IMG/VR virus record: IMGVR_UViG_3300025585_000044 | Location: 1-62,316 of that record | From: a virus | Taxonomy: Duplodnaviria; Caudoviricetes | Reading direction: 5' to 3' (one strand) | Length of the DNA stretch: 62,316 nucleotides | Shown here: piece by piece, positions 1 through 9,103 of the stretch | Numbering within the stretch: the stretch's first letter is position 1 | How the letters are laid out: every line of letters begins with the position of its first letter | Translations under genes and position numbers: made by a program | The notes under the pieces: model-generated | Told to the model about the DNA's origin: nothing | What the model saw: only the letters and a program-made list of their open reading frames with translations | Database searches by the model: none

Positions 1-119
1 GGCGTCTGTCTGTGTGAAGCCCAGCTGCTCGGCGTCGGCGAGCAGCGTGGCGTAGTCGTGCGAGTTGAAGATGATGTCGGTCATTAGTAGGTGCTTCCTA
101 CGATTGATTTTGATTTGAG
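1..119. repeat. 119-bp exact match to 61647-61765
   Basis: Direct comparison; identity stops after ...tgatttgag (119/61765). Confidence 0.95.
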
Positions 120-3100
120 GATAGCGTCGGGGAGGCGCTGGTTGTAGTAGGCAAACGAACGTATATATCCGCAAGCGAGACCGGCTGTGCCTGTAGGCCA
201 ATAACTACCGAGGAACATCTCACTAACTGTAGGTAGGGTTCCGCTTGTATCTGGCTCTACAGTTCCACCATTTGTGACGGCTGCAAAATCATTGGCTTTA
301 TACGCAAACAACGTGCGGTATATAGTTCCGGCGGTATAGCCAGATGACAAGCTATCAAGCGAAGCCTGCGTTACGCCGCCAACAATAACGCCGGAGTTAA
401 TTTTACCGGATGAGTTGTATATTGTGTAATACCGATTATTGCTTGTTCCATCGCTTACGCTCAACATACCGTAATTATACGCTGTTCCTTCTAAAGCCAT
501 CGTGCCGTTTGTAGAGTTCCAGAAAGACGAGAAATTTGAGCCAGAAGCCATTGCGACATCAGCGGCGCGGGTGACAGCGCCGGTCGTCGTGGGGATGTAG
601 CTGGTGGGGAAGGAGCCTGCTTCGAGTTGTGCGCCGAAGAGAGAAATGGTCTCCGTCCCGGCAGCATTGAAAGTTACTTCCCCCGCGCCATTAAACGTGT
701 TTCCTGTCTTAGATGAGGCGATACAGGCTTCCAGATAAACGGTTGTTTGCGATGTCTTACCTGTCAACGAAAGACGGAACCAGCCATTCCCGAGATATTC
801 CTGCTTTGTCCCGGCAATCGTTCCAGACGATGTTCCAACACTCTGCTCCGTGCGTGCTGTAAGCGACGTATCGCCAATATCAAACACAGCCGAGATATAA
901 TGGTTTGCCGAGTTGCCAAAGACATTTAGGTTAACATACCTTGACGTTCCCGCCTTTGCATAAAGAGAATATGTGTAGTCCGTGTTCGCGCTTACCGAAA
1001 TAGCCGCAGTCGAATACAACATATGATAGGCGTTGCCCGCAACAGCCTTAATCGTCTGCGCGCTTCCTGACACAGCGTCAGGGCCAGCTATAGTGCTGTC
1101 TTTTGTTGACTGTCCCGTCGTCCAATTCGCGGACGTAAACGCGCTGAGAGCGATATTCGTCCTGCTCTCCTCAATCAGCATCCCCCTTGGTGTCGCCGGG
1201 GTCACGCTGGGGTCATAGTCGTAGCGCGGCTGATACACGGCGGCGCTGGTCGTTGGGATGTAGGTTGAGGGGGCGGCTTGGTAGGTGACTTGTTCTAGCT
1301 GCGCGTTCCAGACGAGAACGCCGTTTGTTCCGCTTCGGGTGGCTGTCCCTGATCCATTTGCATCTACAGGGGCAAAGTCAAAATATGCAGAAACGCCCGT
1401 AGCGCCGCCTGTTACGGCCACAGACAAACGATACCAACCGCTGCCTACAGATGTTATAGAGCCGACATGCCCTGTAGCCTGAGTTCCAACTACGCCATTC
1501 TGAAGGTCAAACCAAACACACGCGCCATTGGTTGGGCCGTTTGTTCCAAGAGCAAACCATGTCATGCCACTCGCTTTTGCGTATAGTGACAAGATGTATT
1601 TAACGCCAGTTGCATAGGTGTTCGCGACGTAAACTTCTCTGGCCGTTCCAGTGGTCGTCGGATAAACAAGCCAAGCCGTTGACCCCGCATTCGGGTCAGT
1701 CTGACCACTAGTAAGGGTCATGTTGGTATATGTCCAAGCAGCGTTGGAAAACGCATTGCTCTGCAACAACAAATTCGCCGGAGCCCACGTCAGCGTCCCG
1801 GTGCTGTCATGCATCATCCGGTTGCCGGTGGTGCCGCTATTGTCAATCCACGTCGGCGTGGAGATGGTCCCGGCTGCGGCATTGACGTATGCCCGCAAGC
1901 TCGTAACCCAGCCGTATGTCGGCGTGGAGATGGTCAGCGGGCTGGTGGAGGAAGCATTGATGTTAGCGGACCACGAGCCGCCAGTCTGCTCGTCGATGTA
2001 GAAGCTCTCGACAAGCCGATTGGTGTAGCTGGCGAGCGTGAATGTCTCGGCGGCGCGGGCGATGCTGCCAGTTGCGACAGTTGGAATAAAACTTGTGACA
2101 AACGCGCCGTTTTCTACCTGAACACCCCATAGCGAAAAATAATTTGAGCCATTTGCGCCGGAATTTGCGCCAATGTAAAAAGAGGCGTTGGTGGTATTAA
2201 AGGCGACGCGATACCAGCCGTTACCGGCATTTGTTACAGAGACGTATGTATAAACAGAAGGAAATGTTGACGACCCATTCGACAGGTTTACGGTCCAAAC
2301 ATTTCCTGCGCCGTCTTGACCAGTGATTGTGCTTATGCCCGTCCCTGCTTTTGCGTAAAAAGAAACTGTTCTTCCAGAAGAGTATATCGTTCCAGAGGCA
2401 TCAACAATGCCATTCACACTGTTGTTGCTGACCGGGACAATAGCCTGCGCTGTGTTAGTCCCGTCTGGTGCAATTGTTAATAGTGTTGTGTTATTTACGG
2501 TGCAAGAGCCTAGCTTTGTCCACGCAGATGTCTGCGTAAAGTCGCTTGAGTAAGAACGATAATTCGTCCGCGCCCCCTCCACCAGCAGCCCCTTCGGCTG
2601 CAAGGTCGCGGGGTCGTAATCAAAGCGCGGGCCGTAGTAGGCGGCGGTGGTGGTGATGACTTGGTCGCCGGAGCGGGGTGTGGTTTCGTATGTGACTAGC
2701 GACGCCGCAGATTTATAGACAAAAATGCCATTTGTCCCGTCACCCGTTCCAGCTGAAGCGTTTGACAGGCGCGGATATAGGTAGACTGCGCCGCTGTAGA
2801 ATTGAACCCCTATTGAGTTCCATCCAGCGTTCTTAGCGACGACCGTAATCAGCATACGCGCGCCTGATGTCGTCGCGGTTTTAAACGAAACCTGCCACCA
2901 ACCGCTTCCTAAACTTGTTGCAATCGCATCGGTCGCGCCTCCTGCTAGGTTGGATGTAGCGCCTGTCGTGAGGTCAAATGCAATTAGGTCGTTTGCGGAA
3001 CCAGTAATAGCTGTTTGATTAATGGACCCGTTTGTTTGCCCATTTGTAACAACGAGTTTGAACGCGGTTGTGCCGCCTAATGGATCGGCCTGCCCGCCAG

Positions 3101-3350
3101 TTGGAGTAACATTGGCTGCCGACCACGTCACATTGAACGTATTGCTATACGTCAGCAGATTATTCGGCGCATATGTCAGCTTGCCCGTGCTGTCATACAG
3201 CATCGCATTGCCCGCGCGGGTGATAAGCCCGCCGGTCGGCATAGAGGACGTGGTGGAGAGGGTTGAGAAGTCGTTGAGCGGCTGCGTAAACAGCCCCAGA
3301 ACGACCGGAGACGCGGAATTATACAGGCCAGTCGGGAAGGGAAGCGGCAT
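84..3350 (-). CDS. Tail/spike fibre, receptor-binding protein with repeated lectin-like modules (C-terminal tip variant A)
   Basis: 1088 aa, Thr/Ser/Gly-rich. Repeated motifs PR(F/Y)DYDP..G(L/M)L(V/I)E..RTN, GNGWYR and Q(L/V)E.G.F.TS(Y/F)IPT are typical of phage fibre/LamG-like modules. Confidence 0.8.
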   Translation of the reverse strand: MPLPFPTGLYNSASPVVLGLFTQPLNDFSTLSTTSSMPTGGLITRAGNAMLYDSTGKLTYAPNNLLTYSNTFNVTWSAANVTPTGGQADPLGGTTAFKLVVTNGQTNGSINQTAITGSANDLIAFDLTTGATSNLAGGATDAIATSLGSGWWQVSFKTATTSGARMLITVVAKNAGWNSIGVQFYSGAVYLYPRLSNASAGTGDGTNGIFVYKSAASLVTYETTPRSGDQVITTTAAYYGPRFDYDPATLQPKGLLVEGARTNYRSYSSDFTQTSAWTKLGSCTVNNTTLLTIAPDGTNTAQAIVPVSNNSVNGIVDASGTIYSSGRTVSFYAKAGTGISTITGQDGAGNVWTVNLSNGSSTFPSVYTYVSVTNAGNGWYRVAFNTTNASFYIGANSGANGSNYFSLWGVQVENGAFVTSFIPTVATGSIARAAETFTLASYTNRLVESFYIDEQTGGSWSANINASSTSPLTISTPTYGWVTSLRAYVNAAAGTISTPTWIDNSGTTGNRMMHDSTGTLTWAPANLLLQSNAFSNAAWTYTNMTLTSGQTDPNAGSTAWLVYPTTTGTAREVYVANTYATGVKYILSLYAKASGMTWFALGTNGPTNGACVWFDLQNGVVGTQATGHVGSITSVGSGWYRLSVAVTGGATGVSAYFDFAPVDANGSGTATRSGTNGVLVWNAQLEQVTYQAAPSTYIPTTSAAVYQPRYDYDPSVTPATPRGMLIEESRTNIALSAFTSANWTTGQSTKDSTIAGPDAVSGSAQTIKAVAGNAYHMLYSTAAISVSANTDYTYSLYAKAGTSRYVNLNVFGNSANHYISAVFDIGDTSLTARTEQSVGTSSGTIAGTKQEYLGNGWFRLSLTGKTSQTTVYLEACIASSKTGNTFNGAGEVTFNAAGTETISLFGAQLEAGSFPTSYIPTTTGAVTRAADVAMASGSNFSSFWNSTNGTMALEGTAYNYGMLSVSDGTSNNRYYTIYNSSGKINSGVIVGGVTQASLDSLSSGYTAGTIYRTLFAYKANDFAAVTNGGTVEPDTSGTLPTVSEMFLGSYWPTGTAGLACGYIRSFAYYNQRLPDAILKSKSIVGSTY
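586..685. repeat. 100-bp exact match to 62217-62316
   Basis: Direct comparison with the contig end. Confidence 0.95.
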
Positions 3351-4744
3351 CAGGCAAACCCAATCTGAGCGGTGGCGTAGAAGCTGGTGCCGTCATACAC
3401 GGCGGTGACAACGTCAATCGCGCCAGCAGAGGTTGAGAGCGTCGGAGCCGCGCCGCCCTGCCACTTGAAGCTGGTCCACGTCGTAATCGTCTTGTTGCCG
3501 CCCGTGCCCTGCGTGATGACGACCAGATAGGTGCCGCCCGCGACGGCGTTGCTAATCGTCAGGGTCGCGCCGACCTGATCAAGCGTCAGCGTAGCTACCG
3601 ACGAAAGATTAGCATCCCACGTAATCGTCGCGCCGGAAGTAAGCGCGGTCGGCGGGCTGTAAAGCTGCGCGGCTGCGATGTTGGAGTAGGCGCTATCGTC
3701 CGCAAGGCGAACCTGTAGCGTCGCGCTGGAGCGTTTCAGCGCGGGGAAGGAGGAGGTAGCGCCGCCGAACTGGATTAAGCTGGCGCTTCTAAATTGCACA
3801 TTCCCGCCGGATAGAAATGTGGCAATAGCGCCTGTGCCAACTTTTTGAATCACAAAGTCATCTGTTGAGTTACTTAAATAATAATTCCAAACTGAAGTGC
3901 CTCCGCGCGCAAAATTAAAGACAGCAAAGTTTGATCCTACTGAGTTTATTGTGAAGTCTGTTCTTGATGGGCTTGTTAAAGTCAGAGTATATCCATCAAT
4001 AGTATCGGCGGTAAATGCCTTTCCGGAAATAACAATCGCGCGTGCTGTTCCGCTTCCAGCAACCTCCTGTCCAATTGAAAATTGATTTGAAGTCCATTTT
4101 ACAAAACCGCGCTCATAGTTGCTCGCGTCGGTGTAGGTATTGTAGACGTTGAACGTCTGCGCGTTCGTGCTGTTCCTCAGCGCGAGCGTGTTGGCGGCGT
4201 CGGGAAGAATAGTCGCGGCAGCGCTTGTCGGACCAAGCGTTAAAGCGCCAGATGTAGTCAGTCTCAAAACCTGAGCATAAGAACCAGCGTTATTGCGAAT
4301 AGCCAGCCCATTTGTGGGCACGTCTATATAAAATAAGTCGCCGGAATTTGGTATTATCCCGGAGATTGTATCCGTGTTCATCAAAGAACCGGCAAATATT
4401 GCGTTCCGTGCGCTTGTTAGCGTCAGAGCAGCCGCATACGAGGTGCCATTGTGCGTCTGAAAGATAATCGACCCGCCAGCGGTCGTTCCAGCGGAGCCCT
4501 TGATCGTGAAGTTCGGGCCGGTCGTGCTTGCGCCCGTGTTGCTCTGGACCTGTAGCGTCTGGGGGACAGCGCCGGAGGCAACGTCCGCAGCGCCGAGTTG
4601 GGTCGTGGGGCCGCCGAGGACGAAAGCTGAAATGCTGGAGCTTGTTAGCTTGTAATTTGCGCCGCTGCGAGCAATGACAAATTCGTCTCCGGCCTGTGCA
4701 ATTGTGCCGCCAGTCGGAAATCCTGAAATGGGGAGATTTGCCAT
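3350..4744 (-). CDS. Tail fibre-like structural protein
   Basis: 464 aa, beta-rich. C-terminal FKWQGGAAPTLSTSAGAIDV motif is common in fibre C-termini; translationally coupled to the fibre gene. Confidence 0.65.
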   Translation of the reverse strand: MANLPISGFPTGGTIAQAGDEFVIARSGANYKLTSSSISAFVLGGPTTQLGAADVASGAVPQTLQVQSNTGASTTGPNFTIKGSAGTTAGGSIIFQTHNGTSYAAALTLTSARNAIFAGSLMNTDTISGIIPNSGDLFYIDVPTNGLAIRNNAGSYAQVLRLTTSGALTLGPTSAAATILPDAANTLALRNSTNAQTFNVYNTYTDASNYERGFVKWTSNQFSIGQEVAGSGTARAIVISGKAFTADTIDGYTLTLTSPSRTDFTINSVGSNFAVFNFARGGTSVWNYYLSNSTDDFVIQKVGTGAIATFLSGGNVQFRSASLIQFGGATSSFPALKRSSATLQVRLADDSAYSNIAAAQLYSPPTALTSGATITWDANLSSVATLTLDQVGATLTISNAVAGGTYLVVITQGTGGNKTITTWTSFKWQGGAAPTLSTSAGAIDVVTAVYDGTSFYATAQIGFA

Positions 4745-4747
4745 CTT

Positions 4748-4957
4748 TTATTCCTGCAGGATAAAGTCCACGTTGCCTTCTTGCATGATGAAGTCAACCA
4801 GACTGCCTTCTTGGAGTATTCCGTTATTGCCCGGCGGCCCGGGCGTGCCGCCACCAAAGCCCTGAAACGACAATCCGGTTCCAACAGTCATCCCCGCAGA
4901 GGGGGATAGACCTGTTGGAATGCTCAGTCCGGGGTCTGTCGTCAGGCCGTTAGCCAT
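4748..4957 (-). CDS. Small virion-associated protein (ILQE repeats)
   Basis: 69-aa ORF coupled to its neighbours. Confidence 0.55.
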   Translation of the reverse strand: MANGLTTDPGLSIPTGLSPSAGMTVGTGLSFQGFGGGTPGPPGNNGILQEGSLVDFIMQEGNVDFILQE

Positions 4958-5304
4958 TAAATCGGCCCGTTGCTGCTCTGGAGGAATGTAGCCACAACAG
5001 AGCCACTGCCGCTTGCCAGCTTAATCCGCGCAAACTTCGGCGCGAACAGGAAGTTGCTCTGCTTCGTCGCCGTGGCGCCAACAACATTCGTGTCCGAACT
5101 ATCAACCCAAGTCATTGAGCCTTCAGCAACAGGATTGAATGGGTCGTTCGGGTCGTCCAGCGACGACTGAACCGTGTAGTTCACCGTGCCCGTCACCGTG
5201 CACTGGATCGAAATGTTCGGCGGCGCGAAGTCGTCAAAGCGCACTGAGGAGGAATATTTCACTCCACCCGATGCGTCGGAAACTGTTACCTGTCGAGCCT
5301 GCAT
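4957..5304 (-). CDS. Hypothetical structural protein
   Basis: 115-aa beta-rich ORF in the late operon. Confidence 0.6.
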   Translation of the reverse strand: MQARQVTVSDASGGVKYSSSVRFDDFAPPNISIQCTVTGTVNYTVQSSLDDPNDPFNPVAEGSMTWVDSSDTNVVGATATKQSNFLFAPKFARIKLASGSGSVVATFLQSSNGPI

Positions 5305-5477
5305 TATCGTTTTCCCTTCGTGTGGCCCGCTCTGGCGGCCGCTACGTTGTCGACCAGGTTCGGGTATGGCCGGCCGGCGGCGCGAGCTTTTGCCTTTGCC
5401 ATTTTAACACCTTTCACGCTCAAAGCACGCTTCTTGGCGTCTTTTGGGGCGTCTTTTTCCCAGAATGGCTTGGACAT
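5304..5477 (-). CDS. Small basic phage protein (not in ORF track)
   Basis: Translated by hand, 57 aa: MSKPFWEKDAPK...AKAKARAAGRPYPNLVDNVAAARAGHTKGKR; fills the gap exactly. Confidence 0.7.
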   Translation of the reverse strand: MSKPFWEKDAPKDAKKRALSVKGVKMAKAKARAAGRPYPNLVDNVAAARAGHTKGKR

Positions 5478-5478
5478 A

Positions 5479-5748
5479 TCAGCAGTCCCACTTTCTGAGG
5501 GCCTTGTTGATGCGGCTATTAGGATCGGCCGCAGCCGCGGCGCCAGTCAGCTTCTTCTTCATACCGGTCATACGGCTACAGAATGAGGAACGACGACTCG
5601 CCGCCTTATCGCTCTTAGCCGCCTGTTCCTTCGACACCGGAGGCTTCAGGTTCATGCCCTGCGCCTTCGCCGACGCGCGCCCCTTGGCGTTTAAGCCGCC
5701 TTCTTTATTTTTTCCGGCAGCCCGCTGCCAGGCAGGAGATTTCGCCAT
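5479..5748 (-). CDS. Small basic phage protein (DUF6321-like)
   Basis: MAKSPAWQR..GKN..GGLN.KGRAS...SFCSRM...NSRINKALRKW; purine-rich RBS upstream. Confidence 0.65.
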   Translation of the reverse strand: MAKSPAWQRAAGKNKEGGLNAKGRASAKAQGMNLKPPVSKEQAAKSDKAASRRSSFCSRMTGMKKKLTGAAAAADPNSRINKALRKWDC

Positions 5749-5819
5749 ATCGCCCTCTCTTGGCAAAACGGGGGCTCGATGCCCCCGCTGATTGCTCTAT
5801 GCCACAAGAAGCGCCGCCA

Positions 5820-6032
5820 TCAATACGGCTTCGGGGCCGCCCCGCGCGGCGTGCCGCCTTTGGCTGACGAAAACACGCCGCCGCCCGTGGCGCGGGCAGG
5901 CTTCTCGCCCTTCTCCGCCTTGGACATAACGGCCTTGCCGCCCTTTTTCATGCAGCCGCCACCCTTCTTGAAGCCGTCGGTCTTCTCTCCGGCTTCCTTG
6001 ATGGTCGAAGCCTTTCCTTTGTAAGCACCCAT
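5820..6032 (-). CDS. Small Lys/Gly-rich protein with xxxGG motifs
   Basis: 70 aa; RBS GGAGG upstream. Confidence 0.65.
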   Translation of the reverse strand: MGAYKGKASTIKEAGEKTDGFKKGGGCMKKGGKAVMSKAEKGEKPARATGGGVFSSAKGGTPRGAAPKPY

Positions 6033-6044
6033 GAGAACCTCCTG

Positions 6045-6512
6045 TTACGGTGTCAGGTTGTAGGCCTGCACATATTCGATGCTAAGCGTAGCCGCCCCAG
6101 TGGACCCGGAAGGCGCATTGGCTGCTTTGACATAAATGATCACGTCGTTCGCCCCAACGTCTACCCAGGCCGCCGTGCGCGTGGCGTCAGTGCCCGGGCT
6201 TGCCGAAAAAAGCCCAACGGCATTAAGCAGGAAGTTTGCAGCCGCAACGAGCTCTGTTGACGTAGCCGAGGTGCCAATATTCAGCCCCGCAGAGGCGCCA
6301 GTAAAGGCAACGGATACAAGAGCGGTGATGCCGACAATCTGGCTATTCGCAGGCAAACAGATTGCCGTGGCGGCGGCCGTGGCAGACTGCGTGACGGCGA
6401 CAGACTGAACCATCTGGACGTATCCAACGTTCCTCACAGATCCGGCGGAAGACCCGGTGGTGTTAAGAACGTTGCCGGCCCTGATGGGGCCAGTAAAGGT
6501 TGTTGTTCCCAT
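6045..6512 (-). CDS. Putative capsid decoration/structural protein
   Basis: 155 aa directly downstream of the major capsid gene; RBS AGGAGGAG. Confidence 0.6.
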   Translation of the reverse strand: MGTTTFTGPIRAGNVLNTTGSSAGSVRNVGYVQMVQSVAVTQSATAAATAICLPANSQIVGITALVSVAFTGASAGLNIGTSATSTELVAAANFLLNAVGLFSASPGTDATRTAAWVDVGANDVIIYVKAANAPSGSTGAATLSIEYVQAYNLTP

Positions 6513-6591
6513 TTACTCCTCCTGCACAAAGATTGATTGCGTCGTCTGTGCAGCGTCCGCTTGGCCGGTCGACGCAATTCAAGCACCAAGA

Positions 6592-6620
6592 CAAAGCGGG
6601 ACCATTTATGGCCCCGCTCT
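6592..6620 (-). terminator. Hairpin/weak terminator after the capsid gene
   Basis: agcggggccat...atggtcccgct followed by T residues on the minus strand. Confidence 0.45.
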
Positions 6621-6627
6621 GCATTTA

Positions 6628-7533
6628 TTACGACGGGAACGATCCGTAGATTGAACGCCAGTTGTAATACGAGAACGAGTAGCGCTCGTAAGCCTTGACC
6701 AGCAAGTTGTCTGTAACGAAGTCGATCTGCATATCAGTCTCGAACGGAATACGCTCCATGTAGGAGAGGCCGTCGATGTTGGTCAGCAGGAACCACGCCG
6801 TCGAGGAGGTCAAGAAGTCATTGGACATGTAACCCTCCGGCAATCCGCCGGCAGTCATCATGATCGCATTCACATCATTGTCCGCCGTGCCGGGGCGCAA
6901 CTCAGTCTTCGTCAGGCGGATTGCAGTCGGCTCAAGAGCCGGCGGCACAACCAGACGACGACCGCGGGCGAAAATCTTCAGACCAGCCTGGTCCTTGAAA
7001 TTCGTCCTGATTGAGATCATCGCATTAAGAAGCGTCGCCTCGTTCAGGTCGACCGTCGTCTTGTTTGAGACGGTGCTTCCATCAATCGGGTGATCGGTGG
7101 CGCAAAGAGCCTTGCCGTCGCCGCCAACGGACGCAGAGTAGGTCTGAGCCGTGTTGAGGACATTCGCGCCGTAGATTTCCTTCGTCTGATGAAAGCTTTC
7201 AATCAGGCCAAGGTTCGACGGCATGAACTGTGACTTATACAGATTGTCGTCGATGGCCTTGCGCGTAATGGCGTAACCAAGGCCGATTTCAACGTGCTCC
7301 TGGTTATACACATAACGCTCGCCGGCGCCATTATCGAACGCCGTCTGACCACCTTCCGTCTTTAGCTGGGCAAGCCCCAGGAAGCGCATCTCTGCAGTGC
7401 GCTCAAGCGCCATTTTAGAGTTGTGCTTCGTGAAGATCTTGTCGTATTGCGACGGGATCTGCTCATACTTGCCTTCAATTCCCCGCAGGCCGGGGAGGAG
7501 AAGGTCTTTGATGGCGGAAAGATTAACAGCCAT
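6628..7533 (-). CDS. Major capsid protein (HK97 fold, Mu gpT-like family)
   Basis: 301 aa with LLLPGL..., GGDGKALCATDHP, RRLVVPP.L and ERYSFSYYNWR; follows scaffold and decoration genes. Confidence 0.85.
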   Translation of the reverse strand: MAVNLSAIKDLLLPGLRGIEGKYEQIPSQYDKIFTKHNSKMALERTAEMRFLGLAQLKTEGGQTAFDNGAGERYVYNQEHVEIGLGYAITRKAIDDNLYKSQFMPSNLGLIESFHQTKEIYGANVLNTAQTYSASVGGDGKALCATDHPIDGSTVSNKTTVDLNEATLLNAMISIRTNFKDQAGLKIFARGRRLVVPPALEPTAIRLTKTELRPGTADNDVNAIMMTAGGLPEGYMSNDFLTSSTAWFLLTNIDGLSYMERIPFETDMQIDFVTDNLLVKAYERYSFSYYNWRSIYGSFPS

Positions 7534-7549
7534 TGGTCCTTACTCCTTT

Positions 7550-8137
7550 TTAAACGCCAGTAAGCTGCTTGGTGCTTACGTTGTTGAAGGCGACAATTGC
7601 CTTTTGATAGGCGCCGCTTTCTGTTCCGTTTTGACCAGGCGGATCAGTTACAAGGGCGACAACACGAAACGGCAAGCTATTGTCTGTCCCAACGGTCGCA
7701 AGATACGCGCCGGAAAGACCGTTGGCCGCCGTGCCAGACCCAATGTTAAACCCGACATTGGCGTTAACGTATGTCTGATCGACGGACACGTTGCCGAACT
7801 GAGCAACGAACTTTGCATTGGGGTCATTGATGATATAGCCCTCAACCGTCTGTGTCGAAGCCACGTCGGATCCCGGCCAATAGTTTGACCAGACGACACG
7901 CTTCTGCGCGATTGAGAGATACTTGCACCCAACAAAAATGCCGGCAACCTGAGTGTTGCCCGACCCCGAGGAGGTGACGCCGACTACGACATAGCCATTG
8001 CCATCCGGATTTACGGGATCGCCGTAATAAATCGCGCTTGCATTGTAAGCGATCTGAACGGCTACCTGCTCATAGGTTGGTGCAGAGCCGGTGCCGCTAT
8101 ACTGCTGGAAACCGTTGTAGGCGGCTGTGTTCGCCAT
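7550..8137 (-). CDS. Putative head decoration/cement protein
   Basis: 195 aa (IYYGDPV, GIFVGCKY, INDPNAKF) immediately upstream of the capsid gene. Confidence 0.65.
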   Translation of the reverse strand: MANTAAYNGFQQYSGTGSAPTYEQVAVQIAYNASAIYYGDPVNPDGNGYVVVGVTSSGSGNTQVAGIFVGCKYLSIAQKRVVWSNYWPGSDVASTQTVEGYIINDPNAKFVAQFGNVSVDQTYVNANVGFNIGSGTAANGLSGAYLATVGTDNSLPFRVVALVTDPPGQNGTESGAYQKAIVAFNNVSTKQLTGV

Positions 8138-8278
8138 GACAGGTTCTCCTTTTTACAGGAGGCTCCTTCATCGCGCGCCGGGGCGATTGTAGAACCAGGA
8201 AGTGCTAATGCCTCACGCCGGGGAGGCCCGAGCCGTCTTGCAGCCTGGGGGCATTATCTATAAACAATGATGAAAAGT

Positions 8279-8309
8279 AAAGAGGCGGCCAGAAGCCGCC
8301 CCTTTTTTG
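8279..8309. terminator. Intrinsic terminator, probably bidirectional
   Basis: aaagaggcggc-cagaa-gccgcccctttttt. Confidence 0.6.
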
Positions 8310-8314
8310 AGAAG

Positions 8315-8530
8315 TCACTCTCTTGGCGTGCCGTCCGCGTAGCGTGTTATGGCGACGTTCGCCCACATTGCGGAGCCTCGGATCAGGCGGATGACATGCT
8401 CCTTATCGTCGCCCGGAGGCACAAGGTCCATGACCCTTTCCATGTAGGTCTGGGCCGCATCCCGGATTTCCTGCATCCGGCCCTTTTGCCGATCAGATGG
8501 CTCAAGATACTGAAAGGTTGTGTGATGCAT
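8315..8530 (-). CDS. Acb2/Tad1-hairpin-like small protein (candidate nucleotide-signal sponge)
   Basis: Pattern F.Y..P...Q..R...IR.AA......VP.G.DK...I......MWAN.AI.R. Confidence 0.5.
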   Translation of the reverse strand: MHHTTFQYLEPSDRQKGRMQEIRDAAQTYMERVMDLVPPGDDKEHVIRLIRGSAMWANVAITRYADGTPRE

Positions 8531-8534
8531 GACA

Positions 8535-9092
8535 CTACTCCGGGATGGGCATGGGCTCGTAAGACTTTTTGATCTTTGGCCGCGTTTCCCGGTGATCGCG
8601 GGTCATCGTCCCGTCCGGAGTGCCCGCAAGCTGCTCCTCTTTCGCCCGCACCTGATCCCGGGCCTTTTTTATATCAAACGCCCGACGCTCCTCGACAATT
8701 TCGGTCGGGCACTCCATCAGGATCATGCCCTTGCGCATAATGATCGTCTCTGTCGTGTTGTAAGGCATCATGCCGGGGTGTCGCGATGTAGGCACAGGCG
8801 TCCACCCCATGCGCGCAAGATGGATTTGGTAGGAAGGATCCTCGGCCCCCATGACTGTGTGCCGCTTCCACTCATACGTCCACCCATCCTGCACCATCTC
8901 CGGGTCGACATAAAATTCATCAACCGAGCCGGCCAGGTCCTCCTCAAGGTGGCCGCGAAGTTCTGCTGCGCGCTTCGCGGCTCTCGCCCGAGGGTCTTCA
9001 TCTCTCATCTGCGGCCTCATTGGCGGAGCCTCGTCAATTGACGCGGCGGCTTTGGCGAACATTCCTTTTTTTGTCACTGCAGGCGTATTCAT
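8535..9092 (-). CDS. Conserved head-module protein
   Basis: 185 aa with GWTYEWKR...GWTPV...GMILME motif; located between scaffold and capsid genes. Confidence 0.6.
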   Translation of the reverse strand: MNTPAVTKKGMFAKAAASIDEAPPMRPQMRDEDPRARAAKRAAELRGHLEEDLAGSVDEFYVDPEMVQDGWTYEWKRHTVMGAEDPSYQIHLARMGWTPVPTSRHPGMMPYNTTETIIMRKGMILMECPTEIVEERRAFDIKKARDQVRAKEEQLAGTPDGTMTRDHRETRPKIKKSYEPMPIPE

Positions 9093-9103
9093 ATTTGTCT
9101 CCG

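Noticed and set aside
1-119. True physical direct terminal repeat
   Set aside because: The two end matches have different offsets and flank divergent sequence; more consistent with assembly overlap or a cassette.
120-585. Diversity-generating retroelement VR/TR pair or invertible shufflon
   Set aside because: Variants differ at all base types and in length, are in the same orientation, and no reverse transcriptase or invertase gene is visible.
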